Source: a virus (Duplodnaviria > Caudoviricetes). From it: 24,305 nt of DNA. Position numbers and translations under genes: made by a program. Each line of letters begins with the position of its first letter. Within the stretch, counting starts at the first letter, position 1. This document shows positions 1 to 8,130 of this stretch, one piece after another. Location: positions 1 to 24,305 of the IMG/VR virus record IMGVR_UViG_3300038365_000070, one strand, 5' to 3'. A model generated the notes under the pieces. The model was not told the DNA's origin and made no database searches. It saw nothing but the letters and a program-made list of their open reading frames with translations.

Positions 1-247
1 GCAGCATATGCTGTAATTCACTTTGTGCGCCGGAAATCGTGCGGGTATAACTATATAAATAAGCGCCCCAGGGAATCCCGAGGCGCTCACACTCTCTTAC
101 ATTGCGCGCATACTGTACATCATCCTGCGATGTACTGTTGCTGCCATACCCCAATTGGAGAATGGCGAACTGCAGTCCGGCCGCTTTTGCTTTGTTCCAG
201 TCCACACGGCCATTGCAGTAACTCACGTCAATTCCTCTGTACGACAT
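1..247 (-). CDS. GH25 muramidase endolysin, 5' part (runs off the left edge)
   Basis: Not in the ORF track. Manual translation from ATG 247 with RBS AAGGAGG: MSYRGIDVSYCNGRVDWNKAKAAGLQFAILQLGYGSNSTSQDDVQYARNVRECERLGIPWGAYLYSY. GIDVS, DW..vk..G..Fai and G.Y.YSY are GH25 hallmarks. Confidence 0.92.
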   Translation of the reverse strand, partial: MSYRGIDVSYCNGRVDWNKAKAAGLQFAILQLGYGSNSTSQDDVQYARNVRECERLGIPWGAYLYSYTRTISGAQSELQHML

Positions 248-264
248 TTTATGTATTAACCTCC

Positions 265-408
265 TTATGTTGTGGCCGTGCCGGTACTGTAGGTTTCACC
301 AGTGATAGTTTTGTACTGGTCTGCCGTAATCAGGCTGTACCCAACTGCCTGTTTCAGTTGGTCGAGTGTCGCCCATTTGTGAGTATAAGCTAACTGCCAA
401 AATTTCAT
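265..408 (-). CDS. XkdX-family small phage protein (47 aa)
   Basis: Not in the ORF track. MKFWQLAYTHKWATLDQLKQAVGYSLITADQYKTITGETYSTGTATT carries the XkdX motif IT.dqYk.ITG..Y. ATGA overlap with the upstream gene; typical position before lysis genes. Confidence 0.88.
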   Translation of the reverse strand: MKFWQLAYTHKWATLDQLKQAVGYSLITADQYKTITGETYSTGTATT

Positions 409-728
409 GTTGCTTCACCGCCCTTCGCCGCTGCAAACTGCAATGTTAATGCAGACACCTGCTGTCCCAATCCATCAATCGTCTGCTGCACCGACTCCGG
501 CACTGTGGTCGGCGCCGCGAATTTGCCGTCAGACCAGAGATACCCCTGCTGCGCGTCACCTGTCGTGTCGGTGATTTCAACGTAATACTGCAGCATGTCC
601 GGATGAATAATCTGTTCCAATGCCAGTTCTCCATCTCCTACATCTTTCTTATAACGTCCTGAACAGCGGGTTTCCACGGACATTACCTGCCCACCATAAT
701 TTACAAATGCATATCGTTTTGTTGCCAT
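405..728 (-). CDS. Probable tail-fibre assembly/XkdW-like protein (107 aa)
   Basis: RBS AGGAGG; lies between fibre genes and xkdX; G(Y/W).W.DGKF.AP motif followed by a short coiled-coil (QQTIDGLGQQVSALTLQ). Confidence 0.65.
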   Translation of the reverse strand: MATKRYAFVNYGGQVMSVETRCSGRYKKDVGDGELALEQIIHPDMLQYYVEITDTTGDAQQGYLWSDGKFAAPTTVPESVQQTIDGLGQQVSALTLQFAAAKGGEAT

Positions 729-739
729 GTTCGTACCTC

Positions 740-1415
740 CTATTTTAGATATTCGATAATTATTGCTGCACTTTTAAATGTTTTGGGATATCTAGCATCA
801 TAATCGCTCGTTTGCCATCCTCCAGCTCCAAATGGGAGTTTATTATTACATGAAACCGGATTGAATTGAGTAATTTCTGTAAAATCTTCGTAAGTTGCCT
901 TTATAAATTTTACAGAAATTACTCCTCCGGATATTCCCCCATATTTAGAAGATGAATTTGTATCTCCACCAATTATTTTTGTGTAACTATCATTGGATAA
1001 ATAATATTTCCCATCACCGCCTTGGTAGTTTCCAATATTTCCACCAGATGCTCCTCCTCCAGTTCCTGAATACACAGAATAAGCTCCATTTATAATACTA
1101 TCGGAAGCGTTAGAACCGGCATTAGTAGATAATAGGTTTCCAAAGGACGTAACAGCAGAATCCAATGTTAATATATAATTTGAACCTTTTTGAATAGGCA
1201 ATATGCTTTCAGCAATGCCCCCAGCACCACCGCCCCCAGATTGGCTCCCACCACAAATACTTTGCCCACCCGCGCCGATGCATGTCACCCGATATGTTCC
1301 GCTTCGTGGACACGTCCATGTTCCGGACTCCGTAAGAATTTGTGTAGGTTGTGTAAATCCATCAGGAGGTACCCCCCCCCCGTTGGGATTTTCTGGTAAT
1401 CAACACTTCGCCCAA
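740..1415 (-). pseudogene. Glycine-rich tail fibre-tip/receptor-binding protein paralog 2, frameshifted at a G10 tract (possible phase-OFF allele; 224 aa if G9)
   Basis: AGGAGG (1423-1428) then TTG at 1415. As sequenced it reads MGEVLITRKSQRGGGTS* (TGA 1362-1364). Removing one G gives MGEVLITRKSQRGGVPPDGFTQPTQILTESGTWTCPRSGTYRVTCIGAGG..., in frame with ORF 740..1288 and colinear with the 227-aa paralog. Confidence 0.85.
1372..1381 (-). repeat. Poly-G10 homopolymer (C10 on + strand) inside the 5' end of fibre-tip gene 2
   Basis: Counted directly (1372-1381) and consistent with the + strand ORF reading T-P-P-P (acc ccc ccc ccg). It is the longest homopolymer I noticed in the window. Confidence 0.95.
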
Positions 1416-1427
1416 TTTTATTCCTCC

Positions 1428-2111
1428 TCACTTTATTTGCTCTATAATGACTGCGCCATTTAATTTAGGGGTAACCTCAAAGGCTTCACCGGTATCACTA
1501 GGGACGGCCTGTTCAAATTCTCCTGTTCCCTGTCCACCACCATATAAATCTTTAATACTTGTTCTTTGATTTTCGCTTAGAACAATGTATCGATAAACAC
1601 TGGAAAGTGGATTTGCTACTGACATAAGCACTCTACTTCTAGATGCACCACCATACTTTGCGGCACTGTCTGTACTTCCTAAGTTTGAACCTGTATAATT
1701 TCCAATATTACCACCATTGCCAGCACCGCCTGTTCCACTTTGCAATGTTACTCGTTCAGTCGTATACGTAAACGTTGCTACCCCATCTGAACCTGCCGTT
1801 GCAGATAAATAAGCACCAAAACTTGAAACCCCTGCATCCAATGTGATAGCAATGTTGCTGTCCTTAGCTAATTTTAATGTGCTCTCTGCTATTCCACCGC
1901 CGCCACCATTAGTAAACCAGTTATGTTCACCCCCTGGACCTTCTTGCATATACCCAGCCGCTGTACCTCCGCTTCCAATACAGGATATACGGTAGGTACC
2001 AGATTCAGGTACTGTCCATGTGCCAGATTGCGTCAAAATCGCTACAATTGGGTATGCAACGCTCGGAGGAATACCTGCACCACCCCGTCTTGAAATTAAA
2101 CAATCACTCAT
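1428..2111 (-). CDS. Glycine-rich tail fibre-tip/receptor-binding protein paralog 1 (227 aa)
   Basis: ILTQSGTWTVPESGTYRISCIGSGG...GGGGGIAES...SSFGAYLSATAG...GAVIIE is the glycine-rich fibre domain pattern. ATGA-coupled to the upstream fibre gene, RBS GGAGGT. Confidence 0.82.
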   Translation of the reverse strand: MSDCLISRRGGAGIPPSVAYPIVAILTQSGTWTVPESGTYRISCIGSGGTAAGYMQEGPGGEHNWFTNGGGGGIAESTLKLAKDSNIAITLDAGVSSFGAYLSATAGSDGVATFTYTTERVTLQSGTGGAGNGGNIGNYTGSNLGSTDSAAKYGGASRSRVLMSVANPLSSVYRYIVLSENQRTSIKDLYGGGQGTGEFEQAVPSDTGEAFEVTPKLNGAVIIEQIK

Positions 2112-3070
2112 GTGACCACCTCCAAGTGTACCGTGATATCAACGCCCGGCTTAAAATCATAACAGGTTAAAGTCAAGGTACCATCTCCTGTAACTGCCTT
2201 GTCAAGGTAACCATAGGCATCCAACTGAGACCGTGCGGTATCTACATCGTCTGACTGCACTAGGTCCATCACCGGACACATTGCGGCAGTCAAGCCAGAA
2301 ACGCTGACCGTCTGCGTGTAGGGTCCGTCGCCGGTCCAGCCGGATGCAGGTACTGCAACGTCAAATTGATAATGGTTTGTTTTCTCATTCCATGCTTCAC
2401 GTTCTGCTGCGGTGATGTGTACGGTAGTATCGGCTACATGATTGCTGAGTTGTATCGCTTGCGCAGACGTCATATACCCATCATGTGTACTGTCAGCTGC
2501 CGGAATGCTAATTATATTTCCATCTGCTGAAAGAGCACTGTTATCCCCAAGTTTAACGCTGGTTGCCGCAATTGCTTGAAAATCATTCAATGCTTTCTGT
2601 ATTTTAGCAACGTCTGCCTTACTTGCGATAACGACAGTCGGGTCAATCACCACGTTAACGCCTCGCGCATCCACCACACTAATATAGATGTACAGGTCCA
2701 TCTCCATAATGGCGCCGGATGTGACAACTTCTTTCGGAAGCTCCGGCGTATTCCCAATGGCAATTAATCGTCCTGCATCATCCTGCACACCAATTTCCCG
2801 CATGATCCAGCCGCCGACTGAGGATGGTAAAACCGCATGCAGAATCATGCGGTTTGCCTGCTGCGGATCCTGCGTGACCTCTGCAATCGCACCGCTCCAC
2901 ACTTGATGCTTTAACGCTGTCATACCGCTTGTTGGTACATACGGTGTACCGTTCGCGTCCCCGACAACAATCTGTGAAAAATTAACTTTTGTTCCTGTCA
3001 ACACGCTGTTGGCAATGGCCGCATTTCCAATATCCGTGCACAGCGTTCCAAATAATTGTGTATCCGCCAT
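2108..3070 (-). CDS. Tail fibre protein with N-terminal tail-collar (DUF3751-like) domain (320 aa)
   Basis: N-terminus T..G.A.IAN......VVGDANG..Y.P....TAL..QVW...GGW.MREIG..D..G.LIAIGN.PE..K. Middle motif HVADTTVHITAAEREAWN. C-terminal WTGDGPYTQTVSVSG domain. Follows the XkdU-like gene. Confidence 0.88.
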   Translation of the reverse strand: MADTQLFGTLCTDIGNAAIANSVLTGTKVNFSQIVVGDANGTPYVPTSGMTALKHQVWSGAIAEVTQDPQQANRMILHAVLPSSVGGWIMREIGVQDDAGRLIAIGNTPELPKEVVTSGAIMEMDLYIYISVVDARGVNVVIDPTVVIASKADVAKIQKALNDFQAIAATSVKLGDNSALSADGNIISIPAADSTHDGYMTSAQAIQLSNHVADTTVHITAAEREAWNEKTNHYQFDVAVPASGWTGDGPYTQTVSVSGLTAAMCPVMDLVQSDDVDTARSQLDAYGYLDKAVTGDGTLTLTCYDFKPGVDITVHLEVVT

Positions 3071-3071
3071 A

Positions 3072-3683
3072 TTAACTCCTTTCCAATACAGTAACGGTCA
3101 AGGCTGATTTCATTCCCACCGCTGTGCTGACTGTGCTTACACTGTCATATTGATGCACCTGCCACGGATAAATTGTCATGATGACACCCAATTTGCTGAC
3201 AACGAAAATTCCGGATTCAGCACTTGACTGGAACACAATGCGAATAATATTTTGCATGTTTGCCGGCACAACCCGATGGAGTGTATCATATACCGCCCAA
3301 CGAACGGTATACAATTCCGATGGAATCCGTACGGTTAGTGTATAACCGGAAATTTCTATTGAATATCCGTCATCCCCACAAATGGATGCCAGCATTTGCC
3401 GGAGGCGGCGGATGGTAAACGGCAGCATTTCATTCAGCCGAATGATGACTGCCTTGCGGCGGTCATCCAGTGTACCCGCCGGAGCGATACCAATAATGTT
3501 TTCCCATCGTCTGATCCCATTTGCAGTCATGTAATTGAGAAAATTGTCATTAAGAGCATCGTCCGCACCAGCGCACCAACGGTTTAATTCCGTATCTTCT
3601 GCTCCGGCAATTTCCTGCAGTTCCCGCACATTTTTAAGAATATCAGGAATGTAAGATTCAAGTTGTACTGCTCTGCTGGCCAT
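3072..3683 (-). CDS. XkdU/DUF2313 baseplate wedge protein
   Basis: L.SYIP..L...RE, GI.RWE.IIGI, TLDDRR and VPAN motifs; directly after baseplate J. Confidence 0.85.
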   Translation of the reverse strand: MASRAVQLESYIPDILKNVRELQEIAGAEDTELNRWCAGADDALNDNFLNYMTANGIRRWENIIGIAPAGTLDDRRKAVIIRLNEMLPFTIRRLRQMLASICGDDGYSIEISGYTLTVRIPSELYTVRWAVYDTLHRVVPANMQNIIRIVFQSSAESGIFVVSKLGVIMTIYPWQVHQYDSVSTVSTAVGMKSALTVTVLERS

Positions 3684-4746
3684 TGTTTGTCACCGCCCCT
3701 CTCACCGGAATATCTTCATCAGGCACCGGCAGGTTTGCCGCTGTGCCGTTAAGCGTCACCGCTTCCACATCCAGCACGCCGTCCACGTCCAAAATGTGCG
3801 CTTCCGTTTGACTGAGACGGACCACAACATTTCCGTCTGCCCACTTTGCAGACAGTGACGCAAGATAGGTATCCACGGCAGTTTCCGCATTAGGAGCAAT
3901 ATCATCCCAGGTATGCCCCTGTACACAGGTAATGTTGGCCGATACATCTACTGTAAACGCTTTGGCCCCTTGCACTGTGACTGTGTGGCCGATAGGCGCA
4001 AGCCCAAGACCAATGCCGTGGTTCTGCTCCGGGTCTACCATGGTCTGTACCTCTTGTATCAGATCATCGGTTGGCACCCCGTTTTGAGATGTCGTAAAAA
4101 TGACTTTGACGGTGCCCGGGCCATTCCATACCGGATATACCCTAACACCGCCAACACCACTGATTGCGCCGACTCTTTGTTTATAATCCGCAATATTTCC
4201 GCCAAAAGACTGTGCCTGAATATTATCAAAATATCGTTTTCGGAAGGTTTCCGTGTCCTCTTCATCTTCCCCCGGTACAAGCAGTTCTGTAATTTCAGCC
4301 GTTTGAAGGCCAGAAATATAGTCAACCGGAGTGAGCGTGCCAAAGTATCGATTTCCTTCCGTCCCCGGTGTTTCACACTGGATTTTATAATGTGTATCGT
4401 CAATCTTATCCGTGACTGTATAATGCAGTGCTTCAATCGAAAATCGGGTACCATTGGGTACTTCTGCGCCGGTTAATTCTGCTTCCAGCACCGCCATAGT
4501 CGCTTTGTATGGTGCTAATCCGCGCTCTGCTGCCCGGCGAATTAAATATTCCCGTGTTTCCGTATCCGCGAAAGATTCATTTAAAATATGATTCAGCTGC
4601 AAATATGCTTGTCTCAGTTCAATCGCTGCAGGGGCCAATGCATCATAAATAATACTGCCCTCCCGCTTGTCAATAGAGTCCGGTACTGCTGCCAGCATCC
4701 GCTGCAAAATAGTATCATAGGTCATATCTTCATACACGTCAGACAC
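3658..4746 (-). CDS. Baseplate J-like protein (XkdT family); start may be GTG 4737
   Basis: DKREGSIIYDALAPAA, GN.ADYK, V.PVWNGPGTVKV and GLAPIGH.VTV motifs. Confidence 0.93.
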   Translation of the reverse strand: MSDVYEDMTYDTILQRMLAAVPDSIDKREGSIIYDALAPAAIELRQAYLQLNHILNESFADTETREYLIRRAAERGLAPYKATMAVLEAELTGAEVPNGTRFSIEALHYTVTDKIDDTHYKIQCETPGTEGNRYFGTLTPVDYISGLQTAEITELLVPGEDEEDTETFRKRYFDNIQAQSFGGNIADYKQRVGAISGVGGVRVYPVWNGPGTVKVIFTTSQNGVPTDDLIQEVQTMVDPEQNHGIGLGLAPIGHTVTVQGAKAFTVDVSANITCVQGHTWDDIAPNAETAVDTYLASLSAKWADGNVVVRLSQTEAHILDVDGVLDVEAVTLNGTAANLPVPDEDIPVRGAVTNNGQQSSTT

Positions 4747-5137
4747 TCACCTCCTTGTCTGCTTCCAAATCGCCGTAAACCGTATGTACTGTAAACGTAA
4801 CTGTCAGCTTACTTCCAGCCCGGGAAAACTGAAAACTATCCACACTGTCAATGCGGTCATCTTGTGTTAATGCTTCCGCTATTCGCCGCTTCAATTCGGA
4901 CTGCACATAATCCATTGGCATTCCGAAAAGGTCATCCATTTCGATACCATAATTCCAGCTGAATACAGGATACTGGTAACGCTCAATATTCAGCATTAAA
5001 AATACAGCCTGCCGAATAGCATCCATACCATCAACATGCCCGGCAATATGCTGCTCATCTAAATACAATTTATAAGTAAGGCTTGGCTGAGGTGTGACAG
5101 TATCAATTGAAAAATTACCTTCATCATAGGGAATCAT
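4739..5137 (-). CDS. XkdS/DUF2634 baseplate (sheath initiator) protein
   Basis: DG..AIRQAV...L..ERY.Y...SWNYG.E and EL.RRI.EAL.QDDRI..V..F motifs. Confidence 0.9.
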   Translation of the reverse strand: MIPYDEGNFSIDTVTPQPSLTYKLYLDEQHIAGHVDGMDAIRQAVFLMLNIERYQYPVFSWNYGIEMDDLFGMPMDYVQSELKRRIAEALTQDDRIDSVDSFQFSRAGSKLTVTFTVHTVYGDLEADKEVSV

Positions 5138-5139
5138 TT

Positions 5140-6384
5140 CTATTTCACTCTCCCATAACTGTAAAAATGCTGCTTCCAGTAAGGCGTTGTGCAGCTTGTG
5201 TATTGCACCTGCGTCCCTCCTTCTTCCAGCATGGTGCCATTACCCGCATAGATTCCAACATGCGTGATTGTTTCGCCGCAATTGTAGGTACCTTTGAAAA
5301 AGATGATATCGCCCGCAACGGCCTCTGACGCTGAAATTGCTTTGCAGTAATTATCAAATATGCCCTGCGCTGTGCACCGCGGCATGTTTTTAACACCGGA
5401 ATGTGTAAAAACGTAACAAACAAAGCTGCTGCAGTCCATAGCCTTATGCGGCGTATTGCCGCCCAGCACATACGGTGTGCCCAGAAGGCTGTCCCCAACT
5501 GCTTTAAGCTTTGCCCAATTGGCTCCAACAGTCCCAGTATTACTTATCCGATAATACCGGAGCACGTGCGGTACATAGAGCGGGTCGCCCTCTCCAGTTG
5601 CATTGTGATATTCAGCCGCAGCGGCTTGACTCCACGTTTTGCAGCCGCTCCACTTTCCATCCGCACGGCCTAAATAGAAGGCAGGGCCATAGTTGTAAAT
5701 CTGTAATGCCATACTGATTCCCGGCTGGTCGCCGGGGCCCTTACATCCTGCAATCTGTAAAGCTTTATGCAGCTCCTGTATACCACACTGAATACTGTAA
5801 TTCGGGTCAGTAATACCATTCGGCACTTTTGGATACTTGGTATTGTATTCACCTTCTGCAGACTGCATAGGATCTTTTCCATTGCCCCCGGACTCTTGCA
5901 TCATCACCGCTAAAATCAGCGGCACATAAGCAGTCATGCCGTAATCTGCCGCTACAGATTCCACTGTGGATTTATATGCCAATACTGCAGCGCTGAGATT
6001 TACGGCTGAAGCACTGCCGTCTACGCCGGTACCGCTGACAGAATAGCCGCCTGTGCGGTCGATAATTAAAAATTGCTGGCCGCCGGGCATCCGTAAAAGG
6101 GTAACACCTTCATCTTTCTTGAGGGAATTGTAAACATTCACAGAGGTTTTAGTACCGTCTTCCGAATCCATTTGAATCTGAAAATCAGTGACCGAACGGG
6201 TAAGCATAAGCTGAGACTGTGGAATGACCATCTTGTCCTTATCATCAATTCTAATTTTGAGAGGGTCAGCACTGACAACGGTTCCAAACATTACAGTCAT
6301 TGGTTTTTCTGCATTAACTGTCTGCTTAATAATCATGCGGATTGAATTTACAAATTCTTCAGCTAGCACTGTTAATCGCCGCAC
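5140..6384 (-). CDS. XkdR/DUF2577-like spike fused to lysozyme-like and NlpC/P60 domains (CwlT-like bifunctional hydrolase); start may be GTG 6369
   Basis: aa ~1-112: FGTVVS.DPLKI..D...LK..E.V.LLR..GGQQF.IIDR. aa ~130-280: LAVMMQESGG...DPMQS.EG...ALQ.YNYG...GDP.YVPHVLRYY. aa ~295-414: LGTPYV.GG...DCSSFV...GDIIFF...THVGIYAG. Confidence 0.88.
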   Translation of the reverse strand: MRRLTVLAEEFVNSIRMIIKQTVNAEKPMTVMFGTVVSADPLKIRIDDKDKMVIPQSQLMLTRSVTDFQIQMDSEDGTKTSVNVYNSLKKDEGVTLLRMPGGQQFLIIDRTGGYSVSGTGVDGSASAVNLSAAVLAYKSTVESVAADYGMTAYVPLILAVMMQESGGNGKDPMQSAEGEYNTKYPKVPNGITDPNYSIQCGIQELHKALQIAGCKGPGDQPGISMALQIYNYGPAFYLGRADGKWSGCKTWSQAAAAEYHNATGEGDPLYVPHVLRYYRISNTGTVGANWAKLKAVGDSLLGTPYVLGGNTPHKAMDCSSFVCYVFTHSGVKNMPRCTAQGIFDNYCKAISASEAVAGDIIFFKGTYNCGETITHVGIYAGNGTMLEEGGTQVQYTSCTTPYWKQHFYSYGRVK

Positions 6385-7420
6385 CTTCTACAACAAGGTC
6401 CATTGTATGAACGTTGCCCTCCCATTTATGGGTCACACGGTCTACGATCATATAATTGTCCTGCATAACGTTTCCCATATTGAGACGTACATAAATTCGA
6501 CTTCCTCCCCGTACACGGTTATCACCTGGTACCCCCTTTAGAGTGGCACTTCTTTGAACTGAATTATATAGCTGAAGCAAAGTATTCACTTTTTGTATTG
6601 CATGCGCTTCATCATCCCCAGTATTAGCTTTCGGGCTTCCATCTTTGTTTAACGTTTTCGTCGCATTGGTGCTGCTAGTACCCGTTTCATATTTCTCCAA
6701 TAGCCCATATTTTGAGATGCTTGCTTCATCTTTTGCCATGTATACCTTACGGGAGCTACTATTACTGTCGGTAAAAACGAGTTTTACCAGGTTATACGTC
6801 TGACTGTCAATAGTAGTCTGTAAATCATAATCCTCTGTTGTACTGGAGGTAATCATTAAAGGGAGTGTCATATTTTCTATATTTTTCAGGGTAAGCTTTC
6901 CGACGTCATCATACAAAATAAAAAGCTTGTTGTTCTCCATCAAAGCGGTATCCAGCAAATCTCCGATGATATCGAAAAGAGTTTTATTATCGCCATTGTA
7001 TGTATCAATTAAAACCCCTGTTTTGTCCAAATTCCCAATCGTTAAGCGATAGGTATCCGCGATGAATTTGATAATCATTTCAAGCGGTTCATGCTCAAAA
7101 ATAAAAGAATCTGTATTTTTCAGGTATCTCAACTGGTCATATGCGGTAACATGTATTTTCCCATCTTTGCTGTGACTGGTAGTAAATGTAAATCCATGGA
7201 ACAGCTTTGTGCTTCCATCCGCAAGTTCCACAACATCTCCTGGTTCAATTACATGGTCTGTATACATATCCCACGTTAGTATTCCGGGTGACCCGCTTCG
7301 TGAGGTTTCCCATGTAATCCCCTCACATACACATGGTGTATACCAAACGCCACGGTCATAATACTTTAAATCCAGTATGAAATTTGTAGGCCGTACTGGA
7401 TATAGATTTATAATACTCAT
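6359..7420 (-). CDS. XkdQ/YqbQ baseplate hub protein
   Basis: I.W...R.GSPG.L, LF.GF.F, TAYDQLRYLKN.D, LYDD.GKL.LK and ID..TYN.VKL motifs. Likely start is ATG 7420 (ATGA overlap with the LysM gene, RBS GGGAGGTG). Confidence 0.9.
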   Translation of the reverse strand: MSIINLYPVRPTNFILDLKYYDRGVWYTPCVCEGITWETSRSGSPGILTWDMYTDHVIEPGDVVELADGSTKLFHGFTFTTSHSKDGKIHVTAYDQLRYLKNTDSFIFEHEPLEMIIKFIADTYRLTIGNLDKTGVLIDTYNGDNKTLFDIIGDLLDTALMENNKLFILYDDVGKLTLKNIENMTLPLMITSSTTEDYDLQTTIDSQTYNLVKLVFTDSNSSSRKVYMAKDEASISKYGLLEKYETGTSSTNATKTLNKDGSPKANTGDDEAHAIQKVNTLLQLYNSVQRSATLKGVPGDNRVRGGSRIYVRLNMGNVMQDNYMIVDRVTHKWEGNVHTMDLVVEGAAINSAS

Positions 7421-8130
7421 GGTACGGCTAACACCTCCCCAGGATAAATCCACCAGCCATTTGACGAACTGGCGTGACCATGTTTCTTCGCTGTATTTTC
7501 AATCGTTGCTTTATTGGCAGCATATATTTTAGCCCATTTTGCACCATCTCCATATACTTTTTTCGCAATCAGCCACAGAGAATCATTTTGCTGCACCCTA
7601 TAGTTTTTTACCGTCTTTTTCCCTACTGTAGACCTTATTTTTGTAGCGGTTGTAGTCACTGTTCCGTTGGATGCCTGTACGATTGTATAGTTTTTTAAAT
7701 TTCGGTCCATATAGGTTTTTAGATTTACCTGAAACACAAAATCGTCACCATTTTCAGCGTCTTCTTCCTGCTGATAATCCTCCAAAGATACGTTGAGATT
7801 TGTATCATAAACAGCAATATTAGATCGGTCAATTCGAGTAACGATAAACCGAAACGGAGCACGAGAAGTTTTCAGATGGCTTAAAAATTTAACCCATTCC
7901 GCAGGCGTGTATACCAATGAATGATACGTGTTAAATGCCCATGGATATATACCTGCATTTTCCGCAGGAATTTCAAAGGTGAAAGATATATCCGTCAACC
8001 CCGGTGCTTTTAAGTGATTGATAGTGGTATCATCTACAAGAGACACTGTCTGATTACGGTTATTAATCTTCATAGTTAACTTTCCAGGCGTAATTGGCAA
8101 AATCGCACCTGCAAGATAAAATCTATACAT
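7417..8130 (-). CDS. XkdP-like LysM-domain tail tube initiator
   Basis: N-terminal LPITP.KL..KINN.N.T..L; C-terminal LysM YRVQQNDSLWLIAKKVYGDGAKWAKIY.AN...WIYPGEVL.VP. Confidence 0.92.
   Translation of the reverse strand: MYRFYLAGAILPITPGKLTMKINNRNQTVSLVDDTTINHLKAPGLTDISFTFEIPAENAGIYPWAFNTYHSLVYTPAEWVKFLSHLKTSRAPFRFIVTRIDRSNIAVYDTNLNVSLEDYQQEEDAENGDDFVFQVNLKTYMDRNLKNYTIVQASNGTVTTTATKIRSTVGKKTVKNYRVQQNDSLWLIAKKVYGDGAKWAKIYAANKATIENTAKKHGHASSSNGWWIYPGEVLAVP

Noticed and set aside
25-393. 122-aa + strand ORF
   Set aside because: It is antisense to the GH25 endolysin and xkdX-like genes, which have RBSs and family motifs.
740-1288. ORF-track 182-aa protein starting at GTG 1288 as the real gene
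   Set aside because: It has no convincing RBS, and homology to the paralog continues upstream to the RBS/TTG at 1415 across the G tract.
740-2111. Diversity-generating retroelement (TR/VR pair) or invertible shufflon in the fibre genes
   Set aside because: The paralogs share only short DNA identities (e.g. TTTCCAATATT), not a near-identical repeat differing at adenines. Both are on the same strand, and I saw no flanking inverted sites, reverse transcriptase or invertase in the window.
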